From Bugula neritina (lineage: Eukaryota; Animalia; Bryozoa), in contig OZ037768.1 in NCBI GenBank assembly GCA_964035545.1, forward strand, positions 24,399,319 to 24,463,318: DNA of 64,000 nucleotides, in the 5' to 3' direction. The translations under genes were made by a program, and so were the position numbers. The notes under the pieces were generated by a model that was not told the origin of the DNA, did no database searches, and saw only the letters and a program-made list of their open reading frames with translations. Below are positions 13,101 through 25,700 of this stretch, one piece after another; positions within the stretch are counted from its first letter, which is position 1, and every line of letters begins with the position of its first letter.

Positions 13101-16100
13101 CAAAATTCCAGAGAAGTCATGCATTGATCAAAAGCTAGATATCTAACCAGTAATCAATTTGCTTGTGAAGAAAGGACAGCACCAGTTGAATAAACTCTGC
13201 ATTTGAAAACTTGGCAGCTCTAATTCATGATTGCTTCATCTATGTAAAGGCATCACAACTCCAATTTAGAATGACTATGTCTACGTATGTAGCCTTACCA
13301 AATGTTTCATGGACAATAGAAACCCATTCAATGAAATCTCATAGACTAGCGCAATGAATTGAACCGAGCATGCCAAAAGAGTGAGAAGCTCTGAAATCAC
13401 TCTAAAGTAGTCTTTGGTGTTGAGGAGGAATATTGGGGAAGTCTTCCCTCGCAAGCAGATTGTTGCAGTGAGAAAGGTGAGATGCAGCACCAGTATCAGC
13501 AATAGAAGCAAAAATCTCTTCTACAGATTATAGAGTTGAGAATAGAGTTTAACGTAGAGAATTTAGTACAGTTTCTTTCGTTTATAATTTACATTCAGCT
13601 ATTCATCAAACTTTTAGGTAAAAATATTTGTCTGATATAAATAAATTTTTCCAACAAGTAGCTAATATAGCATATTATAATAAAATTAGTTCAGCATGAT
13701 ACGATATGATATGATAATTATCATCACATGGTATGATTATACGATATGATGTTATAATGTGATATGATACAATAATACAAAAATGATACAAGTTGATATG
13801 GTATGATACAATGTATTGTGTGGGCAGCAGTTTAGCACCGGAAACGCTACCTTGACATAGGTGGTCCATTTCTTATCCAAAAGGTACTGAAGCACTCCAG
13901 TCTCCAACATCATTGCGTGTTCCTTTTTTCTGCCGTTTATTGTAACCATTAAAGCTGAATTCCAGTCTATAGACATTTGAAAAATCATCACCTTTAAAAC
14001 TTAAATTGTCCATTTATTGATATAGAAATGATCAAATTTCAATGAGAGTTTTAAACAAGTATAATGCAGGCATATCCATTTGAACTTTGAATGATGTACA
14101 TGTAGCTTCTATAAAAGTACTGACATTCTATTTAACTGCCGTGATACAAGCCGAGTGTTCCTTATTGATTTAACTTTATACCATGTCACATGTTGAAAGA
14201 AAGCAAAATATGTAAAAATATTATTATGCTGGCAAAAATTTAGACGGAAGATTTTGGAAAGATTTAAAGAAACGATAACTTTTATTATAGGTAGGTAATT
14301 TTTTTATTTGAAAATAAACTTACTAAATTTTCCTCCTTCCCCGATAGTATCAATAGCATAGAGCTCATAGTCATAAGAGTGGGCCATGTTGAACTTCCAC
14401 ACTTCCTTTTTCTGCATCTCTATAATTTTGTCAAACATTCTTCTCCTCCCCAACTTGCACGCCAGACCCAGGGGGGTTAGGCCACCTCCTTTAACATATT
14501 TATCCACTCCCCTTGCCCTGCAGTTTAAAATTTTACAACTGAATCATGAGCTAGATATGATAGCATTAAGTTAAAGAGCAACTGAGAGTATAACACAACT
14601 ATGTTGTTTTTGGTATACATACAAGTACATACTGAGTAACACTTGTATACAAGTACATACTGAGTCACACTTGTGTACAAGTACATACTGAGTCACACTT
14701 GTGTACATACAAATACATACTGAGTAACACTTGTATACAAGTACATACTGAGTAACACTTGTGTACAAGTACATACTGAGTCACACTTGTGTACATACAA
14801 GTACATACTGAGTAACACTTGTATACATACAAGTACATACTGAGTAACACTTGTGTACAAATACATACTGAGTAACACTTGTGTACAAGTACATACTGAG
14901 TAACACTTGTGTACAAGTACATACTGAGTAACACTTGTATACAAGTACATACTGAGTAACACTTGTGTACAAGTACATACTGAGTAACACTTGTGTACAA
15001 GTACATACTGAGTAACACTTGTGTACAAATAATTCGTCCTTATCAGACAATTTGCCAATATTTTTAGTGATATAAATTTTAGAACATAATATAATATATA
15101 CGTGAGGCTTGTTTTAATGTATATAATAACAGTTTGGATGCTTGTTGAGTTTTTTGTGTAATAGCAGCTGCATTCAACATTTATAGCAGTGCTTATAGCA
15201 TGTATATGCATGCCTCATGCATGCCTCATGCATGCCTCATGCATGCCTCATGCATGCCTCATGCATGCCTCATGCATGCCTCATGCATGCCTCATGCATG
15301 CCTCATGCATGCCTCATGCATGCCTCATGCATGCCTCATGCATGCCTCATGCATGCCTCATGCATGCCTCATGCATGCCTCATGCATGCCTCATGCATGC
15401 TAGCTTACACATGCTTATACATGCTAATACAATGCTAATACATGCTTATACATGCTAATACGTACAAAATATATAATGCTGCAGATTTTTTTTTATAGTT
15501 TTTTCAAATAAATGCATTCATGTAGAATTAGAAAATATAAAATGATAACTGAGACAGAACATTATCATATTCTTACCTATATTCGTTACGTTCAGTTTGA
15601 TCGGCTGGCTTTGTCTTATGTTTCACAGCATGTTGATACATGTCAGGTCTGTCCTTTATTACAGCCATATGGAGCACTGTGTTGCCAAACATATCCTTTT
15701 TGTTGGGGCCAGCACCCTCCTCTATGAGGTAATCATAGATAGCAGTGAGCCCTAGGGAGGCAGCAAAGGCAAGCGGGTAACCTCCATAGTAGGCATATCC
15801 TGTGAAGTAAAGAACATGTTACACTGAATTTAATTGGCTCATATACAACTTAAATCTTCCATTACTTATTTTATATAAGTTCTGGTGCTTAAGCGGTACT
15901 TTCAAATACCCACTCTCTACTCTTTGCTTTTTAGTATATTACTTACTGTTAATTCTTACTTTTAGCCTCGAATTCTTAGCACTTTTGATTTCAACTTAAT
16001 TCTTAGGTATACATAAACAAGCTATATAGATTATATATAATATGTTGATTTTATGAGGTAATTTCACTTACTTATGACCCATAAGTAAAAGTTTAGTAAT

Positions 16101-18183
16101 TTTACCTTCAAAATCTGATGAGAATCTCTTTGATTCGTAAATTTTATAGTCTTCTGGAAGAAAGAATTTTCCAGAAGCCTCTTGGTTGACATCAGCCCCT
16201 TTTTCGACCAAATATTTTACAAGATCTAGGTTACCATTAACCACCGCAAAGTGTAGTGCAGTTTGACCTGCAATCACCATCTCTTTGTACAATATATCTT
16301 TATTAGAATAATTATATCAAAGCTGCTTTAACTTAGCTCAACTCAAGTCATACGGTTTAAATCATAACATAGCATCCTAAATTACAAGGAGCAGCCGTGG
16401 TCTAGGGGGTTAGAGCGTTTGCCTAGTAAACACGAGGTTATGGGTTTGAGCTATGACAAAGGCCATTGGTGATGTTAGGAAGAGCATCCAGTCATAATCG
16501 CTCCTGTGCTTTATTTAAAATAAGTCCTTAGCCTGCTTTAACAAAAACGCTTTCCACAGGGTTAGTGACTATAAACTTGCGTGAGTTTTTTTATAGCATC
16601 CTAAATTACAATAACACTTTATCAGACGTAATAGTAACACTGAGAACTCACCGCAGTATTCCTTTCCCATAAACATATCATTCACAAAATTTGGGAAGAG
16701 ATCAAGCAAAACCTTTGCTATTTTAAGATGTTCTTTTGACTTCTTTAAGAAACAGAGATAAAATGATGTTTCATCGACAGGTTGCCCCTTTTTAGGCTCT
16801 GAGTCATCTTGTCCCTTCTTAAACTCTGGGTCATCTTGTCTCTCATCTTCCTCTCCATCTTTCTAATAATACAACAGAAGTAACTAAAAAGAGCTAAGTC
16901 TCCAAATGCAAATTTCGATTTTCACTAAGATATGTGATTTTAAAACATTTAAAAGATCAGTAAAATATACTTATTTATTAATTAACTACCAGCTTATTTA
17001 GCATGAAACTTTTTGAGTTTTACGTAGTATACTACTTTTAATAACAGAAAAGTGTTTTTGTCATTTTACAATAAAAAATAAAATAAATAAGAAGACAGTC
17101 TCACAGTTAAACTGTTGCCTACTGGTATGAGTCATACTCTGGACTGCTTGCGTATTATGTAATAGGCCTGCAACTATTGTATTCTTTTATTCCTTTTCTC
17201 CCTTACCTTTCACCTTACCATGTTTTGTGTTCTTTCCACTTTGCATAAATTTTGGGACTGAACTTAACTATGGAAGTCATGATTGATAAAATGACAATAT
17301 AACAAAATTGGCACCACCAACGGTACCAATTTTGTTGTATTGTCATTTTATCAACTATACGGTAATTACCAAACGAGGTAGGTATGCATTTACTGTTTTG
17401 GTATATAATGAATTTTAGCAGATAATTCTAGCATAAAGGCTTTTGGCTACCTGGTTAAGAAGTGTGTGCTTCTATGTCAGACTCTAGGCTGAAAACTAAC
17501 AACTAAGGCTAACTTGAAAATAATATATTTATTTATGAGTGCCACTAGAAACATTTTTCATTAATTCTGGTAATTGGCAGCTACCTGTTGGAAGAGCATA
17601 AGCATGTATGGTATGCACATGGCTAGTTATTCTTAAGTTCTTTCCCTCTTAAACTATTTGTTTTAATTTTTTAACCAGTTTGTTGTTTTGAAAATCGAGA
17701 TGCATGCTGCTTGCCATGCTAATCACTCAACTAAGGCTGACAGCAAACAGAAGTTCAGGTGGTGACTCACTTTAGCAGGCTTGTTAAGGTACTGTGCTAT
17801 CTCCGTCTCACAGTAGCGTCTGAGTTCTCCTCCTTCATTAGCCTTCTCCAGTAGCTTCCGTTTATCTAGCTTAGCATCAATATGCTGATAAAAATTAATT
17901 TTCTGTAAAATAACAAGATTATTGACAGATTTCTATAAACTCTTTTAAATTTCTATAAAATAGACATTGAGTAATTTGCATGTGATTTTAATTAATAGCT
18001 TCTTTTCCATATTTGTCTAGTGCACTTATATCTGCTTGCAGAGTTGAGTCTAGGAAATCTCAAGCTCTCTTATGATATAAAAAAGTGATAGCAGAAGACC
18101 TTTGAACTTCTGACCCCTTAGTTGAGTTCCTATTGGCTGAGAAACATAGATCAACATACTTCCCTGTGGTGCTGGTCTTTCAT
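10118..18183 (-). CDS. TRPV-family cation channel (ankyrin repeats + 6TM + TRP helix; Nanchung/Inactive/OSM-9-like, divergent), ~668 aa, 13 coding exons
   Basis: Phase-consistent exons: 18160-18183 (start tentative), 17771-17902, 16652-16862, 16106-16267, 15577-15799, 14324-14517, 13851-13966, 13299-13520, 12643-12830, 12444-12553, 11902-12011, 11075-11315, 10118-10191. Motifs: [55 protein letters not shown], pore FHLMYGEF, S6 [13 protein letters not shown] helix [14 protein letters not shown]. Confidence 0.93.
10674..11017. mobile_element. MITE (PIF/Harbinger-type) with ~70-bp TIRs and TTA target-site duplication, in the last TRPV intron
   Basis: Left end GCCTAGAGCCACACGGTGCGTATTTTCGCATGCGAAAATTG... 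pairs with right end ...CAATTTTCGCATGCGAAAATACGCACAGTGTGGCCCTAGGC. TTA at 10671-10673 and 11018-11020. A 3-bp TTA/TAA TSD is characteristic of PIF/Harbinger. Confidence 0.85.
14617..15028. repeat. Intronic minisatellite, 28-bp unit CAAGTACATACTGAGTAACACTTGTGTA (32-bp variants), ~14 copies
   Basis: Seen directly in TRPV intron 14518-15576. Confidence 0.95.
15207..15400. repeat. Intronic minisatellite, 11-bp unit GCATGCCTCAT, ~17 identical copies
   Basis: Seen directly; explains the [11 protein letters not shown] ORFs. Confidence 0.95.
16388..16592 (+). mobile_element. tRNA-derived SINE (~205 bp) with 19-bp target-site duplication, antisense in a TRPV intron
   Basis: ATAGCATCCTAAATTACAA at 16369-16387 and 16593-16611. 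tRNA-like head with A-box-like TGGTCTAGGGGG and B-box-like GGTTTGAGCT; T-run tail. Confidence 0.85.
17283..17354. repeat. Near-perfect hairpin, ~29-33-bp arms
   Basis: TTGATAAAATGACAATATAACAAAATTGG ... CCAATTTTGTTGTATTGTCATTTTATCAA, one mismatch in 29 bp. Confidence 0.85.
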
Positions 18184-19730
18184 TCCATACCATTCCATAC
18201 TGCAGGATTGTGACACTGTAGACACTGTTTAGACAAGTTAAAAGCTGAAACCTTCAAACTCAGCATTGATCCACGACAAGCATCCCAGCAGCTTATATTC
18301 AGGTGATTACTTGATTTATTTTGAAGAACAATTAATTGTTTTTACACTCCAACACCAAACCACAAAGACCTGGCTAGCCGTTTTGTTTGCTTTGCACTTT
18401 GCAGAGTCTGGGTTTACAGCTACAACTTAATTGATCTCATATTGAGAATACAAATGTAATGAATTGTACTTTACAATAACCTCATTGATTTGCTTATAGC
18501 TCATCTCTCTGTATCAATATAAAGAAATAAGTATCAATATAAAGAAATATAAGTGCATGTATACAACTGGCCAGACATGAAGGTTGAGTGCAACACTTTG
18601 ATGGAAGGTGCATACTCCAAAGACTGTATGGTATGATTTGGGCAGCTTATAGTATAATAACAACTCACAACACAACTGAAACATGTCTTTATATAAAACT
18701 ACAGATTTGATTTAAGAATGTTAATTAATGGAAACAACATTATTTTTTTCACCATCATTTAGCGTAATGTATATTTTATGGTGACAAATGGTATGATATG
18801 AAGATCAACTTTCTACTTGCCATAATTTTTGTTTAAACTACTGTTAATAGATTTGAAATATTTAGATGAATTTTCAAAATAATACAGCTTTTGTGAATTT
18901 CCTAGCTTATAATGAGTATTCATTAATTAAAGGTAATGTTTATTATTAATACATTACTGTTTTTTTTCCCACACAAATCTATAAAAATCAGAATGTTATT
19001 CCAGATAATTCATGTTAGCTATTATAGCTATTAGCACTTTAGCTATTTGGCGATGAATGCAACAGTTATATAGGTATATATAGGTATATTACTATATTAT
19101 AATTATATGGCGCCCAAATAAAAATAGCGTCTATCTGGGATGAAACCGAGTTTACAGCTTTCTTCTGCAGCGGCCATTAAAATAATACCGAAATAAGCAG
19201 CATTCCGGGGTATACTAACAGTGCGCTTGAAATGAGCCCTTATTGTAACCCAACTCTCACAGAACAAACATGTTTCAACATGTGAATGAAAGACAGAAGC
19301 ATAACAGCTGCTTTCTGCAGTGAAAAACATTTTAGACAGAGGCAATTGGCTGGTTTTAGAATTAAAAATTTGTAATTTATTAGATTTTCACACATAGAAC
19401 ACTTTGTTTGAAAAATATAAAGGTAAAATAACATTAATGGTTGCATTACTCAGTACAACTCATTAATGGTTGCATTACTCAGTAAAACTCGAAAAGTTTG
19501 ATATAAAATCAATATATTTTGATACTCAAAAACATGTATGGAACTGAAACATTATGCAAGAAATTATTTATTATGTATATGGCAGCCTCAGTTGAACAAA
19601 TCTCCCCTGACGGAATTTACCTAAAATATTTATTAGGCAGCATTGATCTGGCAATATCACCTGCCAACAACAAAATATGACATGACAATCAGTGTGTCAT
19701 GCAGTAGATGCAGAAACCTGCTGCATAGAC

Positions 19731-22700
19731 ATGATTCGTGTCACCAAGTACCTGCTGCTACTTGTCCTACTAGCTAGTCATGTCACCGCGGCTTGCATGA
19801 CAGCTGATAGCAGTATAGAAGCTTCATTCCTGCTGAATGACACTTGCTACTGGGTGGTCTCGCCTAGCGCTTTCACTTCCTGGCAGTTTGCTAGGGAAAG
19901 CTGTGCTCAACATGGTGGAGATTTAGCTGTTGTGTGGTCAGAAGAGTTGAACACAAACATTACCGCCCATCTGACAAGGTATGCCCCTAGCACCTGTCAT
20001 TGCATGCCAAGTTAAATTATTTGAAATAAATTTTAGTGCTGCAATAAAATCATAAAAGCTAGGATTTGGAAGCTTTTTCAATAAGGCTTTGGTTCTGTTA
20101 TAATGTTTTTCAGTAATGAAGTGCCTACTTTTATTAGAAATAATATTTTGTTTAAGATAATTGATGAGTCTAAGTTGAGTAGCTCTTGGCTTGTGGAAGC
20201 ATAGCATGTGCGACAGGAAAATATGCTTTCATCTATTCTAAACGCACATTTTATTCTAAATATTTCTTAAAAAGCAGCAGCAGAAGAAATTTTGAATAGT
20301 GTTCTATAACTTTTGGTTTATATCTAATTTTGAAATAATCTTTCAATAATTTTCTCAATCTCTCTCACTTCTGCAGGTCTGTGTACATTGGGCTGTATAA
20401 GGATAATGACTACACTTGGCTTTGGCTGGATGGCTCCAAATATAATTATGACAAAGAGAAGATTTCTGGAAAGACCCATGTGACCAATCACGTGATAATG
20501 ACACCAGAGGGCAAGTGGGCTATGGTACCTCTGGATCTTGAAAGTCCAAATGAATATGGCAGCCTGTGTGCTATTGGTGAGAAAATTTTGTATTTTAATC
20601 GTAAGAGTAAATTACACAATTATGCATCTGGTTAATTGTCGATTGCATTTTGTCTAGTTCCATTTAGTCTAGATTTAGAGAGTATAAACAGGCCACACCC
20701 TCAAATTATTTATACTAAAGAAATAACATGTGTTTACATTGATATCTCTTTCTAGCCAAGCAGGTAGTAGAGCTACCATTAGTAACTTTATGTTACTCTG
20801 CATGTTCACTGCTTTGTCAAATATTAAGTAAGTTTCCTGTCAGAGTTTAATGTTTTCATAAACAGAATACAAGCTCTTGCAATGTCCAATGCTGGAGGAG
20901 GTAGAGAATGCTGTCATTACATCTGGGTCACTGCCGGCATATATAGGTCACTCTGTGGTCTACGAGTGTTCAGATCAGCACCAAACTAACCCCTTTGGAG
21001 AGACGGTGCAGAGACTAGACTGCATTGCTGGCCCCAGATGGAGCACAAACCTACAAAACTGTTTCCGTAAGCCAATCCAATACACCTTATAACGAGGAGT
21101 TTACTCTTGCTTCTGGGGTCAAGTTGCAACTAAGAGGCTCTGCATTAACTGAATCTTTTACTTTTAGTTTGATTTTGAAAAGCAGATTATCTTGTTTACC
21201 AAAATATAGAGACAAGTACAAGTTTAATTTAACTTGAATACCTCTACCCACATATTTAGGTGTACCCTCATACCTAACCTCATATCTACCCTCATACCTA
21301 ACCTCATATATATACCCTCATGTCTACCCCCATGTCTACCCTCATATCTACCCACATGTCTACCTCCATGTCTACCCACATGTCTACCCTCATGTCTACC
21401 CTCATGTCTACCCTCATGTCTGCCCACATGTCTACCTCCATGTCTACCCACATGTCTACCCTCATGTTTAGGTGTACCCACGTGTCCACAGCCCCCACCT
21501 CTGCTCCCTCAGGCCATAGTGACAGTATCTGACACCCACAATCTGTCCACCGCCACCTACACCTGTGTGGAGGGCTGGGGTCTGTCTAATGGGGAAGCGG
21601 ACGTTGCGATCACCTGCTCAGCTGACTCGGGGTGGAACAGCATGGCCATAGGCAGTCTCCACTGTGCAGGTAAGAAAGGAGGTGCAGGTAAGAAAGGAGG
21701 TGCAGGTAAGAAAGGGGGTGCAGGTAAGAAAGGAGGTGCAGGTAAGAAAGGGGGTGCAGGTAAGAAAGGAGGTGCAGGTAGGAAAGGAGGTGCAGGTAAG
21801 AAAGAAGGTGCAGGTAAGACTGCGTTGTGTAAGCTAAAGAGATCCGAAGACAAGTTTATTGGCATTTTATGTGCTCATTCACCAACATTATAATATTGTA
21901 ATATAAATATTCATATATATATACTTATCATATTGATGTTATAAGGTAAAAAATATATTCTTACAATTATATATATTTGTGTAGAGTAGATTGAGTTTGT
22001 TTTACATATTGTAACAATATGGCAATAGTATTCAATGAATAGCATACTTGCAGCTAACTGATCACCAGGGTATGATAACTCTTAATTGGTATGAATAATT
22101 GAATGCTCACTGTGTGACCTATTTCCCTCAGGGGTTGCTACCATGACAACGGAGTGTAATATTACACAGTTTAGGCTGCGTATAACACAGGGCTGTTACA
22201 GTTATACAATATTCAATATTCTAAAGCAATGAAATAAATGCTCCATGCAGTATAACTATCATGCATATTGAATTGGAAAACTTCAATATAATTATTCTGT
22301 AATCTAAGTTTATATTAATAATTAGATTTGAAAACAACCCAATATTATTACAACTATTAGGTATAAGTATAAGCTTCTATAAGAATAGTATAGTCAGCTT
22401 GTATAGAGAGAGAACTGTATAGTTAACTTGTATATAGACATGGATTGTTAACTGCCAGCCTCATTCCTTCAAAGCTATGATTACAGAGCTACTCTGCGAA
22501 GAAGATCTGGAGGTAAACTTGAACCAGTTTCTCAGTACAGAAGGACGGCAGGTTGGGGTGGTGAGGAGTTACTGGTGTAACCACGGTTTCCAGACGTCTG
22601 CTGGCAAACATGTGACAGACGTAACGTGTCTAAAACCTGGGGCAGGAGGGAAGCCCTATTGGAGCACCCCCAGACTTCCTTTGTGTGAATGTGAGATAAA

Positions 22701-25700
22701 TTCTGCTATAGGGAAATTGTTTGAGTAAAGCTTTGCTAAGCGGCTTTCTAGAACACAAATTCTGAATGTCATAAAAACACACCAACAGAAGTAATTGCAG
22801 AACAAATATTTCTAGGAAGTGTTGATAATGCATTTATTTAAAGGTTTTGCTTTTTCTAAAATGTCGGTTACAGCTAATTAGATGCTAGAAATGTAAAGTG
22901 AATTTGACTTCTTTGTTTCAGCTATGAGATGTGCCACTGTCTTGGTACCCAGAGCGTTTCTTAGAGGTTATGACGATGAGACGGTTTCCCACCAATTGGT
23001 TGGTCAGAGCCTTCTGTATCAGTGTAATGGGACCAATAGATTCCCTGGGAACAAGCAGCAGTACCAGACAACGTGTAGAGAGAGTGGCCAGTATGACAGC
23101 ATCCCTCCCCTTTCAGGTTGCACAGGTGAGCAAGGTGTCACAGGTGAGCAAGGTGTCACAGGTGAGCAAGGTGTCTCAGGTGAGCAAGGTGTCTCAGGTG
23201 AGCAAGGTGTCACAGGTGAGCAAGGTGTCACAGGTGAGCAAGGTGTCTCAGGTGAGCAAGGTGTCTCAGGTGAGCAAGGTGTCACAGGTGAGCAAGATTT
23301 CACAGGTGAGCAAGGTGTCTCAGGTGAGCAAGGTGTCACAGGTGAGCAAAGTGTCACAGGTGAGCAAGGTGTCACAGGTGAGCAAGGTGTCACGGGTGAG
23401 CAAGGTGTCACGGGTGAGCAAAGTGTCACAGGTGAGCAAAGTGTCACGGGTGAGCAAGGTGTCACGGGTGAGCAAAGTGTCACAGGTGAGCAAGGTGTCA
23501 CGGGTGAGCAAGGTGTTACAGGTGAGCAAGGTGTCACGGGTGAGCAAGGTGTCACGGGTGAGCAATGTGTCACAGGTGTTTTGGAAGAGAAGTCAACCAT
23601 GTAACAGACCTTCTGACCATAAAGAAATCATAATATCTTAAGATTCTTAATTTATATTTGAGATTCAGATGGAAATTCTCAGGGGAACTGATTCTGCTAT
23701 ATATATCCCTCATTTAGAATAGAGGCTTTTAGCAATGTCTTCCAACTCTACCTCCTCTATAAGAGCAGTTGGGATATATCGACTAATAGCTGCTAACTTT
23801 TCTTTCAGTCTGAGACAAATTTCCTTCCTTCCTTCCTTAGAAGAATAATTTGCGGTTATTTGCTGAAAACAAGTTCTTAGTATTATTATTGAACGGAACT
23901 GCTTAATGCTTCAGCTAAAGATGTAGGAGCAGAAATAGAAAAATTGAGAAATAGATCTGTCTTATAGATTAGAAAGAAGTTGTGTTCTCAAGAGAATTTT
24001 AACCCGCACCCTAAACCAATTAGACAAACTAAATAATTTAGACTATAGTACAGATTTCTCCACAACTCACATAAATGAAACTGAACAAACTACCATAACT
24101 ATTTTATAGTTTTGCAGTTTATGCAGTATACTGTGTAGACATTGTGCGATTGAAACTATCAACAAGCTTTGATAGTTTTTAAAATACTTCTTCTCATTCT
24201 GATTTGCAACATGTTGCAGAGGGTGAATGTCCATCTGGGTGGGAGGCGGTGCTGGGCAGCTGCTACTTTAGATCTGACCACACCAAGGCGGGACTGAGGT
24301 ATACCTCGGCAATGGCGTCTTGCAGAGAGAAACTCTCTTACTTGGCAACGGTTAATGATGAAGACGAGATGAATCTTTACTTCTCAAAATTGTTAGTATT
24401 AACTGGTTATACTCTGATACTAAATGTTAGATGTATGTTTGATTGTTAACATGGTGTTGTTTGGAATCCCGAAGCCCCTGTAGCGTAATTGGTTAGCGCG
24501 CCTGCTTGCAAGCCGGGGGAAATTATTTTACGCATGGAAAAGACAAAACCTTAATCTTTCTTAGCATTTTTCTGCTCACAAGCAGTTTCTATTTTATATC
24601 CCCGAAAATTTAACTTTGGTGTCGTCTTGTTGATGAAAAGTAGTTTTCTCCTGTCAGGTATGACTTGTACGGAGCTGACTATTGGATAGGGTATCACCTC
24701 ACAGGAAGTGGATGGGCGTGGCATGACAACTCCACTACAAACTACACCAACTTTGGCAGAAACTACCCAGAGCTTTACGATTGCGCCAGAAACGCTATCA
24801 ACGGCATATGGAAGGACTGGGAGTGCGACAAGCTGCTGTCGTACGTCTGCGAGAAACCAGCTGGTAGGTCAGCGGAGTGTGTGACTCACTGCATAGGGTG
24901 ACTCACGTTATGGCATGACTCACAGTGTACTGTACAACTTCTACTAACAGCTACTATTCTCTTGACAAATAATATTATCATTACATTTACACTCACTATT
25001 TAGTAGCAATCTTTTGTTCCGTTATAAGCATGCTGCAGGAAATTTTACTCCATTAACTTGTGAATGTTTCAGTGTGCGGGTCACCACCAGGAGTGGGCAA
25101 CTCCTTTCTAAAGGGATACAGTGCAGGGGCTAGCGTGGAGACGGGCACCACAGCGGAATATGAATGTTTCCATGGTTATGCATTGCCAGACGGCAGCAAA
25201 CAGGTCATATCTACGTGTATGCCTGGAGGTTATTGGTCGGCTGTTTCCAGCTGTCAGAGTGAGTATATACTATACTGTACCCTATATAGTAGCAATACTA
25301 TATTACTATACTGTACCCTATGCAGTAGTAATACTATATTACTATACTGTACCCTATGTAGTAGTAATACTATATTACTATACTGTACCCTATGTAGTAG
25401 TAATACTATATTACTATACTGTACCTTATGTAGTAGTAATACTATATTACTATACTGTACCCTATGTAGTAGTAATACTATATTACTATACTGCACCCTA
25501 TGTAGTAGTAATACTATATTACTATACGGTACCCTATGTAGTAGTAATACTATATTACTATACGGTACCCTATGTAGTAGTAATACTATATTACTATACT
25601 GTACCCTATGTAGTAGTAATACTATATTACTATACGGTACCCTATGTAGTAGTAATACTATATTACTATACTGTACCCTATGTAGTAGTAATACTATATT

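Noticed and set aside
22924-23604. Stand-alone collagen gene
   Set aside because: It is the CCP4 exon read through a donor-site array; kept only as an alternative-splicing hypothesis.
24474-24518. tRNA gene
   Set aside because: Only a 5' half (A-box TAGCGTAATTGG and an anticodon-like arm); no T-arm/B-box or 3' acceptor strand. Probably a truncated SINE head.
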